Of a DNA stretch of 64,000 nt, positions 11,190-23,428 are shown piece after piece. The stretch's first letter is position 1; every line of letters starts with the position of its first letter. The notes below the pieces were generated by a model, which saw only the letters and a program-made list of their open reading frames with translations, did no database searches and was not told the DNA's origin. The stretch is from assembly GCF_006345805.1 (NCBI RefSeq), contig NC_042997.1:192014001-192078000 (forward strand), read 5' to 3'. The translations under genes and the position numbers were made by a program. Origin of the DNA: Octopus sinensis (taxonomy: Eukaryota).

Positions 11190-11645
11190 ATCTAGTTGGG
11201 TGACTTGCCTGAAGCAATGCAGCTCTTCTGCATCAGATATTCTGTGTGAGCAATACTGCATGAATGTCTGGCTGGGATTTTAGTTACATTGGTCTTTAGT
11301 GAGCTGAAATATCTCATCTGTGCATGTCACAATTACACATATCAGTAGTTCACTAACTGAAGTGGTTGATCCTGGCCTTTGACACTTTGTTGATTGTTCA
11401 TTTGTTTAGCATCAAGTGATATTCGCTACTGGTTCAATAAATTCATTTGTCGAAATACTTCACATCTATGGTTTCAATGTAACCTAGCTTTTACCCATAG
11501 CTGGGACCATGACACATGCAACTACCCCAGGTCAGAGCGGACCTAGGAACAATAGTGGCTAAGAGATGGTTCCACACCCCTCAAAACTATGGAATTCTTG
11601 AATCAGGGCCCTACAACTGGGATACAGTTTAAAGTCGGACCCAGG
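11190..11645 (+). repeat. Old interspersed repeat; diverged second copy at ~31920-32368
   Basis: Collinear similarity between the two sites (tgatcctggcc, ttcacatcta, cccatag.tggga, atagtggctaagag.tggttccaca, acagtttaaagt). Confidence 0.65.
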
Positions 11646-11649
11646 ACAA

Positions 11650-11985
11650 TCATCATCATCGTTTAACGTCCGCTTTCCATGCTGGCATGGGTTGGACGAT
11701 TTGACTAAGGACTGGCGAACCAGATGGCTGCACCAGGCTCCAATCTTGATTTGGTAGAGTTTCTACAGCTGGATGCACTTCCTAATACCAACCACTCCAA
11801 GAGTGTAGTAGATGCTTTTACGTGTCACCAGCACAAGGGCCAGTCAGATGGTACTGGCAACGGTCACGGGAAATCGTGTTTTTTTTTTTGTTTTTATTTT
11901 TTACGTGTCACCTGCACACCGGCACGAGTGCCAGTAAGGCGATGTTGGTAATGATCACGCTTGAATGGTGCTTTTCCCGTGTACA
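11650..11985 (-). mobile_element. RTE LINE 3' end, reverse orientation
   Basis: (atc)n gtttaacgtccgctttccatgctggcatgggttgg and 3' UTR repeats. Confidence 0.85.
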
Positions 11986-12258
11986 TATATATTCATGTAG
12001 TAAAACTAGCATCACTATATACCCTCTATATTTTTATAAAATCACCACTATTAGGCCCCTGAAAATATGCTTCATTGTGGAGACCTAATAAGGCAAAAAA
12101 ATGTTAGCATTTACCAGCTGGCCTGTAGACCAGATCTACTCTTATACTGCATTTCCGTTTTAAATGTTTTGGGAGTTGTCTCCCTTACTTTTCTTAAAGA
12201 CGTTAAGCGTCCCTGGAGGGAACTGTTTTCAAACTACATTGTATTGATAATTTTAAAT

Positions 12259-12762
12259 CAGTAATTCTCAACCGTTTTTAACATATGGAACCCTTTGGTT
12301 TATTTGCACGGTCCCTCTTAGCCATTCGAGGTTTTTAAAATTCCATTATAGCTTTAGAATTAGATATTAGTTGGAATTGTATAAAAAAAAATTACGGAGA
12401 TATACTTGCATAGCAAGTGACCTGATCTGAGATCGTGTGCTGGAACAAAAACAATTGCAGCATGGAAGGTGTTTATAAGCAATTTAAGAAACACACAAAA
12501 ACGGTTAGATACACTTCAACATTTAAATTTAATTTGTCAAAATATTTTCGTCGCTTTGAGACCGCGACCAGTTCACAGATGCAGCATGGAGTTTTGTCAG
12601 TGAACAGGTCGCAGTCTCAAAGCGGCAAAAACACCTTCCACGGTGCAATTGTTTATAAAAAAAAAATTGTTAAATATTCTGTGTATTTTAGAAGTATAAT
12701 CAATCAATTGCACCTGAATTTTAATAACAAAATCTTATGTGGCCCCTGGTTGAGAACCACTG
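12259..12762. mobile_element. hAT-type MITE containing a nested palindromic MITE (~12394-12652)
   Basis: Termini cagtaattctcaacc / ggttgagaaccactg; TSD ttttaaat/atttaaat. Nested element starts tacggagatatacttgcatagcaag and has internal inverted repeats; same family as 51825-52046. Confidence 0.75.
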
Positions 12763-13279
12763 ATTTAAATGAATCAAAGCCTTTCAATTCATTATATTGC
12801 TTATGTGAGACCATGCCATATTTATATTACTTACAGTAAACAGATATCCATGAATAAAAGCTGAAATTTTCTTGCCTCACCATAAACTTATCAAGGTTCA
12901 CATTAGATTCACATTCTAATCAAATTAACCCATTATTATTCTGATTACTTTCTTATCTATTCACACTACTTTAAATTTATTATCCATTATCTTGTAGCTT
13001 CAAGATTTTCATGATGTGAGTGTGTATTTTTAGAATGACGCTGGAGTGTACTTACGAGAGGACAGATCTACTAGACCTGGCCCTAGAATATTTGGGCAGG
13101 ATATGGCTGGTTTAAATGCTTAGGGTTAAATCATACATAACGGACAGTCATCGACTTTAAAATGTAAATGACTAAATTGACAAGAGTTAAAAGGAAATAA
13201 GTATGAGGTTTGGTTCAACAATTCATAAGGAGGAAATATGAAGAAAAACAAAACAAAACTAAAAGAAATTCTTGTTTAC

Positions 13280-13445
13280 CTGTGTTGTAGAATCTCTAGA
13301 ATGTAAGCAATATTTTCAATCAACACTGCAGGACTTCGACTAAGTAACACTATCTTATTTAACTGCTTGTCAGTGAAATGATCTAGACGATAGACGATCT
13401 CGAGCATGTCTCGTTGCAAGACAGCACTAACACGGGGTATGAGAC
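13280..13445 (-). CDS. TEX10: TEX10 coding exon 9
   Basis: atttctttcag|GT...AG|gtaaac; 166 nt, phase 1/2; LIPRVSAVLQRDMLEIVYRLDHF...YILEILQHR vs human VVLPADSQQRLVQLVYFL...LIGILHMR. Confidence 0.88.
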
Positions 13446-15142
13446 CTGAAAGAAATCCCACGTCCTATTAGGGAAATTTCAAACACAATGGAAAATAATA
13501 ATAATAATAATTAAAAATAATGGTAATTCTTTCTACTATTGGCACAAAACCTGAAATTTCAAGGCAGAGAGAGTAATCGATTACACTGACCCCAGTGCTC
13601 AACTGGTACTTATTTCACTGATCCTGAAAGAACAGAAAAGCAAAGTCAACCCCAACAGCATTTGAGTTCAGAAGACAAGGATCCAGAAGAACTGCCACAG
13701 AGCGTTTCGTCCAGTGCCCCAATGATTCAGCCAACTTATAATAATTTTTTTCTAACACAGGCACAAGGCCTGAAATTTTGGGAGAACAGGGGTTAAACAA
13801 TACTTGATTGATATTTTCTCAATCAGGGGATGAGGCAAAGTTGACCATGGTGGGTTCTAGGCATTTTGTGTGATACTAAATGATTCTGTCAATTATTGGC
13901 ATCAACAATGATGACAATTAACTTCTAGCATAATTTCTTTGCTAGCCACTAAGGGCAATTTGCATACATCATTCATACTTATGAAAATAGGAGAGGTTTT
14001 AAATGGCACTTACAAAAATATGTGGGATGAGAAAAACAAGTTAAACAAAATTTAAGGGATGGGACAAAAATGTGCGATAAATGAGGGGAGAAATTAGAGA
14101 TTTTTTTTACAGAAACCATATAAACAATTACATAGAAAAATTTAAATTATAAAAACATACAATGATTAAAACTAAATATATTAATTACAATTAATTATAT
14201 TAATTAAAATTCTGGTGATTAGGACACCCTATGACCCATACTACATTCTATCTTCATTCATCCTCCAAGTCTGAATTCTCATCATCCATTGAAGCCCTGA
14301 AGTTCTTGTGAAGAATTATTGGGTCAGAGAGAAGAAAACAGTGCTCATATTCCACGGGTGGGTTTTCCTTGATTTGCTTGTAGCCTCTTTAAGAGAATTT
14401 TAAAATTATTATATCACCAGCAAGTTCTGTCTGACTTAAACCCATCTCCTCACTGATCAGCACCCCAAGGGCCAGACACAAGCTTTCTACTTTCTCAATC
14501 AGGTCTTTGTCAATGGAGCAAAATGCTAGAAACATTTATCTTGTGGAGAAAGAGTTCCAATGCTTCTACACTAGCAAGGAAGTGCTCTCTTTAAAAGGAA
14601 GGATGGGTCTCCCTTTTTACTATCTAGATGTTTATAAGATAGTGATTTTTGGAGAGGGGCATTTTGCATTTTCTGTTCTCAGTCATCACTTAACCATCTC
14701 TAGCTTCTCTCTCTCTGCCTCATTACAAGACAATAGTGTACTGTTAATAGCTACTGATTTCCAGGACAGGATACAAAATGACTGCTATCCTCACCATTTC
14801 TGAAGCTATATCTGATGATATTCTGGAAAGTAGGGGGCCTGTTGATGTTGTTTCTGCCTCTGAAGCTTTCTGCTGCTTTTCTTTTTTTTTTTTTTACGTT
14901 TCCAACTCTTCAAAGCAAAAGACCCTCAAATGGTTTTTACTACCACAAATATAATATCTGAGATTTTACTCTGAACCACCAGTCTCAATCCCTTTGGCTA
15001 GGCAGCTCCGGTTGTATATAGTGAAAGGTAAAAATCAACCTTGGCAGAATGCCCAGTGTGCTTACGATTCTACCAGCTCACTGCCTTAGCAACAACAATA
15101 GAAAAACAAGAATGAAAGGATAAAAAAAATGAAATAACTCAC

Positions 15143-15327
15143 TAAAAATGTTGAGGAGTTCATTCTGAAGCTGATCTTGTAAGCTACTTTGCTTCTGGCA
15201 AGCTGCTCTCTTGATAGCCTTCAGAATTGGGGTGACAGCTGCAGGAATATGATCTATCTGAGCACTGTGGCTGATGATTTGAACCAATAAAGCTGGCAAT
15301 GTTGACAGAAACTGCTCAAACAAGCCA
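15143..15327 (-). CDS. TEX10: TEX10 coding exon 8
   Basis: ttcctttactag|T...A|gtgagt; 185 nt, phase 2/1; LFEQFLSTLPALLVQI...AIKRAACQKQSSL vs human VLSRWLAGLPLQLAHL...IIHTAAARANKEL. Confidence 0.88.
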
Positions 15328-15764
15328 CTAGTAAAGGAAATAGATAGAGAAAATTTACACATAACAGTAAAACAGTGACAGAAACGTTCATGTATTTCTA
15401 TTATATATATATATATATTGATTTCTTATATGAAAAGTAAAAAAAGTTGGCATTTTTGTACGGCAAGAGGAAGGTATGTGTATGTGGTGGGAGGGAGCAT
15501 AGCTTAGAATGTTGATGGACAGCAGATGGCTGCAATATGGCAGTAATTGGATCACTGGATAGGTATAGAGATGATGGTGATGGTTTAGAGGTGGGAAAGA
15601 GATTAAGGGCATCTGGAGTATTTGTGTGTGGGTCAGGGATGGGGGTAGGAGAGATAGAGTCAAGGATTATAAAGATTGTGAGTATTGTAGTCAGAGAAAA
15701 CAATGACTTTTGAAAAAGGTAAAGTGAGATATATGTCCTCCACCCCAAGTTTTTCGTTTTAATT

Positions 15765-15985
15765 TCTTATTTCTTTATTGCTCACAAGGGGTCAAACAAG
15801 GACAGACAAAGGGATTAAGTCGATTACATCAACCCCAGTGTGTAACTGCTACTTAATTTATCGATCCCGAAAGGACGAAAGGCAAAGTTAACCTCGGTGG
15901 AATTTGAACTCAGAACGTAAAGACAGACAAAATACCGCTAAGCATTTCACCTGGCATGCTAACCTTTTCTGCCAGCTCACCACCT
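15765..15985 (-). mobile_element. SINE family B
   Basis: Full body from tRNA-like head (~15985) to ttatttctttattg tail; similar copies at ~30670-30900, ~31035-31270, ~48830-49070 (+) and partial copies at ~13575-13740, ~20980-21140, ~36890-37000, ~58850-59015. Confidence 0.85.
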
Positions 15986-17426
15986 TAATTTTTCTTAGTA
16001 ATATTAATTAATACTGGAAACAATATATATAATGAATTTAATAAAAGTTGACATTTTTTTTATTGTATATTTATTTTGTAAACAAATAATATAATATTGC
16101 ATAAGCATTTTATAATGTTTCTTTATGAGTTCATGTGTTGAAGCATATTCTGTTGTGTCTGGGGAAGAGTCATTTTCTTTTTGTGCCTTATTATGTAACA
16201 CACTCACCAGTAAAATTTCCACTTTTTTACTTCTTATTTTTATTGTCCTAAAATTTTGGCTGCGTCTTGCAACCTTTTCAATAGTTTTGACTCAGTGAGT
16301 TTCTTTCTTTTCTAGAAACTCAGTGTACAGGCAGCGGATGGCTTGCAGACCAGCACTGATCTGCGGTCCACCACTTTAAGTAGCACTGCCATAGATGATA
16401 ATTCGTTAAGTTGCATCATTGATGAAGGAGTCTCAGCTCTAACGCAGTGACTGATATAAAGTCTGAGACAAGAGTTTATTAGTCACTTCAATGAAACCAC
16501 AGGATCATCATCCTCATTTAATGTCCATGTTCCATGCTGAAATGGACTGGATGCTTTGATAGAATTCAATAGGTCCAAAGACTGCACCATGCTCCAGTGT
16601 CTGCTTTGACATAGTTTCCACAGTTGGATGCCCTTCACATATGCTTTGGGTACTTTCTTAGTGCCACCAACACAAGTGAGGTGACCACAATCTTCAAGGG
16701 AGAGATGGCTTCAGCTAGGAGATGCAGGTGTTAAAGTATGAGAGAAGGGGTTGGAGCAGGTTTCTTGTTGTAGAGGAGCTACAGGACTATTCACATTTAG
16801 AAGAGAGGGTGATCATGTAAAATATTTAAATTTTCAGCTATATCAAACCTCTGCTAATTAGTATAATGAGTAAAGTAAGGTGAGACAAACTCAGTTGAAA
16901 CAAACAAGAAAAAGCATTAATTCAAAGGAACTGTTTAGTAATAGCCAGGTATGACCTAGACTACAGTATATAATGAAGTAAACGGCACGTCTCAGGCCAC
17001 AGAATCCTTAGTAATAGTAGTAATATGAGAGCTTGCACTGTAACAGTGCATTACTGCATACACCATTTGCTGAGGATTTCTTTCCCCTGGTGATGACACC
17101 TTTGTACTATTCAGGCAACAACCTTCCAACCCACAGGTCTGTTTGGATAGTCATTGCAGGTGAGGGTGTTACAAGGTCAGAGTGCAAATCCTACCTTAAC
17201 CTCTTTTAGTCAGCTTTTATAACACATAGAGGAAACACTGGGACATGCCAGTCCCCACATATGAAACAGAGAAGGTTCGTTAAAAACATGTTAACTAAAT
17301 CATCTTAATTAATAAACACAGTTCCACTAAATGAAGCTAAATTACATTAGTTCCTGTGAATAAAACTAAAAATCAAAATGCTGGAATTACTGATAAGACA
17401 GACATCTCTGCCAGTAAAATACTCAC

Positions 17427-17574
17427 GTTAACATTTCATGCTGGTGTTTCTCCACCAAATGTAAGAAAAAATTGGTTAAAATGACCTTTTCCATGGAGAA
17501 CAAGCTTACAGTGTTGTATGAATGAAGCATGACCTTGATTAATTTGATTAATGATTGAAGAATCTTAATATTAC
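17427..17574 (-). CDS. TEX10: TEX10 coding exon 7
   Basis: ttttttttgttacag|GT...AC|gtgagt; 148 nt, phase 1/2; NIKILQSLIKLIKVMLHSY...VILTNFFLHLVEK. Confidence 0.85.
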
Positions 17575-17663
17575 CTGTAACAAAAAAAACAAACAACATA
17601 GTTAAAAAAATAAAAATACTGAAATGGTCATTTGAGCAATATTAGATTTATAAAAGAGAGCAT

Positions 17664-18050
17664 CATCATCATTTAACATCTGTTTTCCATGCTGGCATGG
17701 GTTGGAGACCGCATCAGCCTCAAATCTGATCTGGCAATGTTTCTACAGCTGGATGCCCTTCCTAATGCCAACCACTCCAAGACTGTAGTGGGTGCTTTTT
17801 AAATGACACCGGCATGAGAGCCAGTCAGGGCGGGGGTGGATAGAGAGAAGCTGGCTGGCATCGACCATGTTTGGATGGTGCTTTTTATGTGCCACCGGCA
17901 TGGGGAGCCAGTCAGGCCGACCTAGCTTCACCCAAGCATGAATGAATGGTGCTTATCACATGCCACCAGCACTGGTAATGGCTACAACTACAATTTCCGT
18001 TTGATTGTGATTTGATTTGATTTACTTGACTCAATGGGTCTTCTCAAACA
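17664..18050 (-). mobile_element. RTE LINE 3' end, reverse orientation; RT fragment at ~18235-18430 (-)
   Basis: (atc)n tail and 3' UTR repeats; upstream fragment translates RSLYLAFVDLEKAFDRIL. Confidence 0.8.
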
Positions 18051-18126
18051 CAGAATGTCACCCGACAATTCAAAGTTAATTTCTAAATGAGCTGCTTATG
18101 CAACACTGGTGAAAGCTGAGGCTGTA

Positions 18127-18232
18127 ATCTCACTTTCCTTGCCGGGTCTTCATCATTGCCTCTGTGAAGCCCAATGTTCGAAGATTGGGCCTTACAGAGG
18201 CAATGATGAAGACCTGGCAAGGAAAGTGAGAT
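18127..18232. repeat. 49-bp-arm hairpin, 8-nt loop
   Basis: atctcactttccttgcc...gcccaat / attgggc...ggcaaggaaagtgagat, about 3 mismatches. Confidence 0.9.
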
Positions 18233-18699
18233 CTCAGTTCCACATTGCCCACCAGATAAGGGATCAAAGGATCCTGTCAAAGGCTTTCTCCAAGTCAACA
18301 AAAGCCAAGTATAGGCTTCTAGCAGTTCTCAAATAATCACTACAGGTTTTTAGTATGCATTTGTTAAAATCCACTGGGTTTATAGTTATCGTAGTTGGGA
18401 AGCAATCTTCTGAAGCACATAACCAAGGAAATACAGTAATAGAGGCTGACTGAAAATGAGTGAGAATTATTGTTTTAAGAATCAAATTTAGTTGCAACTA
18501 CATGGTAGAAAAGCCATTTAATAACACACAAAGCTGTTAAATTTGAAATAGTTATACCTTAAATCATAATAATTTAAAAAGATCAAGTATCCACCGTCTT
18601 TCCAATAACAACCTTGGGCACCTTTTTGAAATCCATATCTGACATTTGTAGGCATGCTTACAAAATAAAAAAATTAAAAAAAACACAGCAGCGATGACT

Positions 18700-18972
18700 G
18701 TGGAAACATTTTTTCATACTCAGAATTGCTGAAGCGTGGAATAAACTACCTGCATCAATAGTCGGTTGTCAAGATACTGCAGACTTCAAAACTTCCATGC
18801 TTCCTAAAATTCACCAACAGTACACCTGATGTTGTCTCCACACTTTTTTTAAACAACTCAGTTACTGTTCATTTCTTGCACATTATTCTATGTACTGTTC
18901 ATGCATTTTTGGCTACTTTTTCTGATAAGCTATAGCGCACCTGAGCACTCTATAATAATTTCATTATTATTA
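18700..18972 (+). mobile_element. CR1-type LINE 3' end
   Basis: gctgaagcgtggaataaactacctgcatca...gcacctgagcac...(att)n, homologous to 8516-8810. Confidence 0.75.
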
Positions 18973-19385
18973 CGTCCACCTTAGCAAAGGCGGAGGTATT
19001 GTTTTCAGTTATGTTTATTTGTTTGTCCATGGACAAAATATCTCAAGAACCACTGGATGGATCTGGATGAAACTTTCAGGCATGTTTGGCCTTGTGACTG
19101 GCACGAACTGATTAGATTTTGGGATCGATCCAGTACTGGATAAGAATTCTAGATTATTTTTCCTGTTTTTATTTTATTTAAGTTTTGAGAGTGGTTGGGT
19201 TCATTTTTTAATGTTCTTGTTTGTGAGAGCAGTCAAGTTTATTTTAGATATTCTTGTTTTAAAAATAATCTCTGGCTAATCATTTTGAAGACGTTGGGGT
19301 GAAACAACTGGTCAAGCCATAAAATAGTGTTTAAGAGATGGTCGTTTATTGGATGACTTGCACTCTCTGACTGCTCTTTAATATT
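18970..19385. mobile_element. Probable non-autonomous Helentron/Helitron-like element
   Basis: Starts ttacgtccaccttagcaaaggcggaggtattgttttc, ends ...gcactctctgactgctct; partial inverted copy at ~20740-20920. Family assignment by recalled resemblance only. Confidence 0.45.
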
Positions 19386-19851
19386 AAAATGCTAAAGGCA
19401 AAACTTGATATTTGTCCAACTGTAGAAGTCTGGCTCTATCAGTGAATCTGATTTGGAGGATTTGAAAAGGTATCATTAATATAATCAAGGTTTGATTAAT
19501 TCTGAGAGTGAATTGGTAGAATTGTTAGAGTATTAGTGAAGAGAGTCTGAACAAATATTGTGAACCAGTCTCTCTGAGTTCAAATCCTACAAAGGTCAAC
19601 TTTACATTTCATCAGCTTTGAGAGTGAGATCATCAGCGTATAGCAGTGTCCAGGACTGAGAACTGAGCCTACCTGTATACTAAAAACAGTGAAAAATGGA
19701 ACAGGAATGAAAGGACTTGAGAGAGAGAGAGAGAAACAAACAAACAGACAGACAAAAAGGAAGGGAAAGATTCAGCTGAAACATTAAACCCAAAGAGTTA
19801 GCTATTAACAGGCTATAAAGACAGACAAAGTGAAAAAAGAAATTTGTTTAC

Positions 19852-20056
19852 CGTCCACTGACAGAAGCTGTACAACAATTTGAACAAACAACTGTACGTA
19901 TTTCTTTTTAACTTGATATTTGTGAAGAAAACTCTCCATATAATGAAGGAAAGGCGTCAAAGATTTGTTGACAAGTTCCACACTACAATTCCGGTTATCT
20001 GTTATTAGGTAACTTAGAACATAACACACATCAAGGTTAAGCTGTTTTTCAAGAGC
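19852..20056 (-). CDS. TEX10: TEX10 coding exon 6
   Basis: catctttttcag|GCT...G|gtaaac; 205 nt, phase 0/1; QLNLDVCYVLSYL vs human LNLSLSDIMVSL. Confidence 0.87.
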
Positions 20057-20118
20057 CTGAAAAAGATGGAGAGAAGGCAAAAGTTAGAAGGACACACTAG
20101 TTTCAAGTTTACAGAGTC

Positions 20119-20498
20119 GGATCTTTTCACTTTGACCGGCAGATTTTTTTAATAATTTCTTTGTAACTAAAAAATTTTAAACTTTGTATACTGGTAGAAT
20201 GTGTTTATAAAACATCTTTTTCTCTTGGCTTTCTTGAGAAAATTCTGTAGTTTGACACCGGAAATTATTGTTGTTGACAACGCTCCGGAGAAATTGTTTT
20301 CACCTCAATAGACGTCATTGATTGGTTGAAATTGCTGAAATGCAAGAAAATAAACAACAAATATCTTACAAACTACAGAATTTTCTCAAGAAAGCCAAGA
20401 GAAAAAGATGTTTTATAAACACATTCTACCAGTATACAAAGTTTAAAAGTGCTTAGTTACAAAGAGATTATTTTCTGCCAGTCAAAGCGAAAAGATCC
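20119..20498. mobile_element. Fold-back derivative of the GGATC MITE (~130-bp inverted arms)
   Basis: Arms 20119-20254 and 20369-20498 complementary; both ends are the same MITE end. Confidence 0.85.
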
Positions 20499-21156
20499 AG
20501 AGTGTCTTCAGAGAATAGCTTGAACCTTTTAATAGAAACGGCTCTGCAACCACCTCACCTTTTTTTTTTTACACAAGCTTCTACTTTTAAAGTGATGTCA
20601 ATTAAAACCTTTCATAAAAATTCCTTACTAATTTATGTTTGCAATGCCAGGTTGATAATGACAAAGTTATTTTAATAAATTCGTTAATATTTTTGAAATT
20701 AATTGAAACAAAGGCAGCACAATTCAATTGAAATATGGTAATGAAAGGATTAAGGATTTGTAGACTTTCCAATGCTAACAGCCAATCAGTGGTTTCTTGG
20801 TTGTAGCTATTTCTTCGTCTTAAAGCAAATTTTTGAGAAAAGCATGAAAGTCATCCAATAAACAACCATCTCTTAAACATTATTTTATAGCTTGATCAGT
20901 TATTTCCCCCATAAGGTCCATAATAATAATTGTATCTTATTTAGGTCCAAGGTCAGCAAATTTGAAGGGAAAAGGTAGGTTGATACAATCGACCCCAGTA
21001 CTTGACTGATACTATATCTTCACTCCAGGGAGTGAAAGACTAAGTTGACCTTGGTGGTGCTTGAACTCAGAGTGTAAAGAGCTGGAAGAAATAATACTAC
21101 AAGGCATTTTATCAAATCTAACGATTCAGCCAATCCAACAACAATGGTTTCTAAGC

Positions 21157-21318
21157 GCAGCAGTGGCTGTGTGGTAAGTAGCTTGCTTACCAACCACATG
21201 GTTCCGGGTTCAGTCCCACTGCGTGGCACCTAGGGCAAGTGTCTTCTACTATAGCCTCGGGCCAACCAATGCCTTGTGAGTAGATTTGGTAGACGGAAAC
21301 TGAAAGAAACTTGTCATA

Positions 21319-21388
<70 letters not shown>

Positions 21389-21610
21389 ACACACACATAT
21401 AGTTTGTGTGTCTGTGTTTGTCCCACCAAATTCGCTTGACAACCAATGGTGGTGTGTTTACGTCCCTGTAACTTAGCAGTTCTGCAAAAGGGACCAATAG
21501 AATAAGTACTAGGCTTACAAAGAATAAGTCCTAGGGTCGATTTGCTTGACTAAAGGTGGTGCTCCAGCATGGCCGCAGTCAAATGACTAAAACAAATAAA
21601 ATAATAAAAG
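21157..21610 (+). mobile_element. tRNA-derived SINE family A (internal (TA)n/(CA)n)
   Basis: Head gcgcagcagtggctgtgtggtaagtagc...gggttcagtccc, internal microsatellite, 3' body ...cagtcaaatgact(g)aaacaa. Confidence 0.9.
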
Positions 21611-22429
21611 AATAACATTGACACAAGGCTACACAATTTGGATAACTTAAGAAATGATTAAATCAACTTGACTGGAATTTATTTTATTGATGCTGGAAGG
21701 ATGAAAGGAATAAAAAAAAGAATTTGATTACAACAAAATCAAAACATAAAGGGATGTATGCAAATACCACCAGTTATTTTGCCCAGTATTTTACTAATTC
21801 GGATCATTTCTGTTTGGCTGCCACTTTTCAATTTCTTCAACTTTTATTACAATTGATTTCATATTTGATGTGTTCATGTAGTTTTGTATGGTAATCATTG
21901 ACATGAAATTTATTTTCACTATAACTCAATAACTAGAGTCATAGACAGGTTATCTATGACTGGCATAAGTTGTCAGGTCACTTGTGAGATCTCTCATGAG
22001 CACTACAGGTAACATGATATCCAATACAGCTTTTTGCATGGTTGGCTTGTCAGCAACTAAATTGGCACCCACAATAGGCTAGGCTGGTGAAGAGGGTTGC
22101 TAGAAACCCTGCAGGACTAAAAACAAGACATGTCAAAAGGACAGATGAACCAAATGTGGGTTCAGCAATTATCTATCAATAGCACCAGCCATCAGAAATT
22201 CCGGGGTCAGTGTCCAGCATGCTGGAAGACCACCGGGAGTGAGGCACCCCTTAGCTTTTGTACAGACATGACTTTAGAACTTGCTTCAAACCCAGGTTAC
22301 ACCTGCTCTGACAATTGACAGTGATTTGGTCAGTGAATCCTCAGTGACAGTTGACAATTGGTGGCAAGATGAGCTGCTATGGATCATACTATCCAAAAGA
22401 GTGGGTATGCATGTGACTAGGGGCCACAT

Positions 22430-22890
22430 CATCATCATTTAACATCCGTTTTCCATGCTAGCATGGGTTAGACGGTTTGACTGGGGTCTGGGAAGCTATG
22501 AGGCTGCACCAGGCTCCAGTCTGATCTGGCAGTGTTTCTACAGCTGGATGCCCTTTCTAATGCCAACCACTCAAAGAATGTAGTGGGTGCTTTTTTATGT
22601 GCCACTGGCACAAGGGCAAGGGGGGCTGGCAAACGGCCACAATCAGTTGGTGCTTTTTACGTGTCACCGACACGGACGCCAGTCAAGCAGCGCTGGCATC
22701 AGCCACGTTCGGATGGTGCTTTTTATGTGCCACCAGCACAGGGGCCAGAGGGGGCTGGCAAACAGCCACAATGGTTGGTGCTTTTTATGTGTCACCGACA
22801 CAGACGCCAGTCAGGCGGCGCTGGCATCAGCCACGTTTGGATGGTGCTTTTTACGTGTCACCGGCACGGGTATCATAACTACAATTTCCA
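22430..22890 (-). mobile_element. RTE LINE 3' end with ~110-bp internal duplication of the 3' UTR repeats
   Basis: (atc)n tail at 22430; duplicated gtgtcaccgaca..gacgccagtca blocks. Confidence 0.85.
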
Positions 22891-23278
22891 CATGTATTCC
22901 CACAAACTCCAAACATGTTGGTTGGAACCAGCTCAACCTACCGTAGGTGAATGCCACTATAAGTACATGACTGACATAGAAATTCATCTCAATGATGAGT
23001 TTATTAGCTGCAGGAAGAAAGGCACTTACCTAGCTGTGAAAACAATTGTTGCAACAAGTAAACCATAAACCAACTATGTAATACAAGAAAAATGGGAAAT
23101 AAAACAATGAGGAACCATAGAAAGAGTTTTGTAAAAGTAGAGGATGAAGTAACAGAAAAGATTTTGTAAAGTACAGAATGAGAGAAGAAAGGAAAACAGG
23201 GAAAGGTTTAGGTACATGCCAAGGACAAAACAAGACAAAAAGAAAGAGTAAAAAATAACAATCAAAAAATCTACTCAC

Positions 23279-23428
23279 TAGATTTTGTGCATCTTTTGCA
23301 TTATTCAGTGAGGAATTGTGAGGCTGATCTACAAATTGGAAGTCATCATTTGTGTAGGTACTATAAGGGAAGACTGTCATAATTCGCTGAACCATCTCAG
23401 TACCGTAGGTTTTCACTAACCAACCACG
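23279..23428 (-). CDS. TEX10: TEX10 coding exon 5
   Basis: tttctattacag|CGT...CTA|gtgagt; 150 nt, phase 0/0; RGWLVKTYGTEMVQRIMTVFPY vs human [22 protein letters not shown]. Confidence 0.9.

Noticed and set aside
21187-21497. Tyr/Ile-rich ORFs (also ~24365, 25844, 52019, 53102, 57902)
   Set aside because: Translations of (TA)n/(CA)n inside SINEs.
22532-23068. Long ORFs with repeated WCFL/DGAFYV motifs (also 33795-34156, 46313-46831, 60532-60868)
   Set aside because: Read-through of RTE 3' UTR tandem repeats; not genes.
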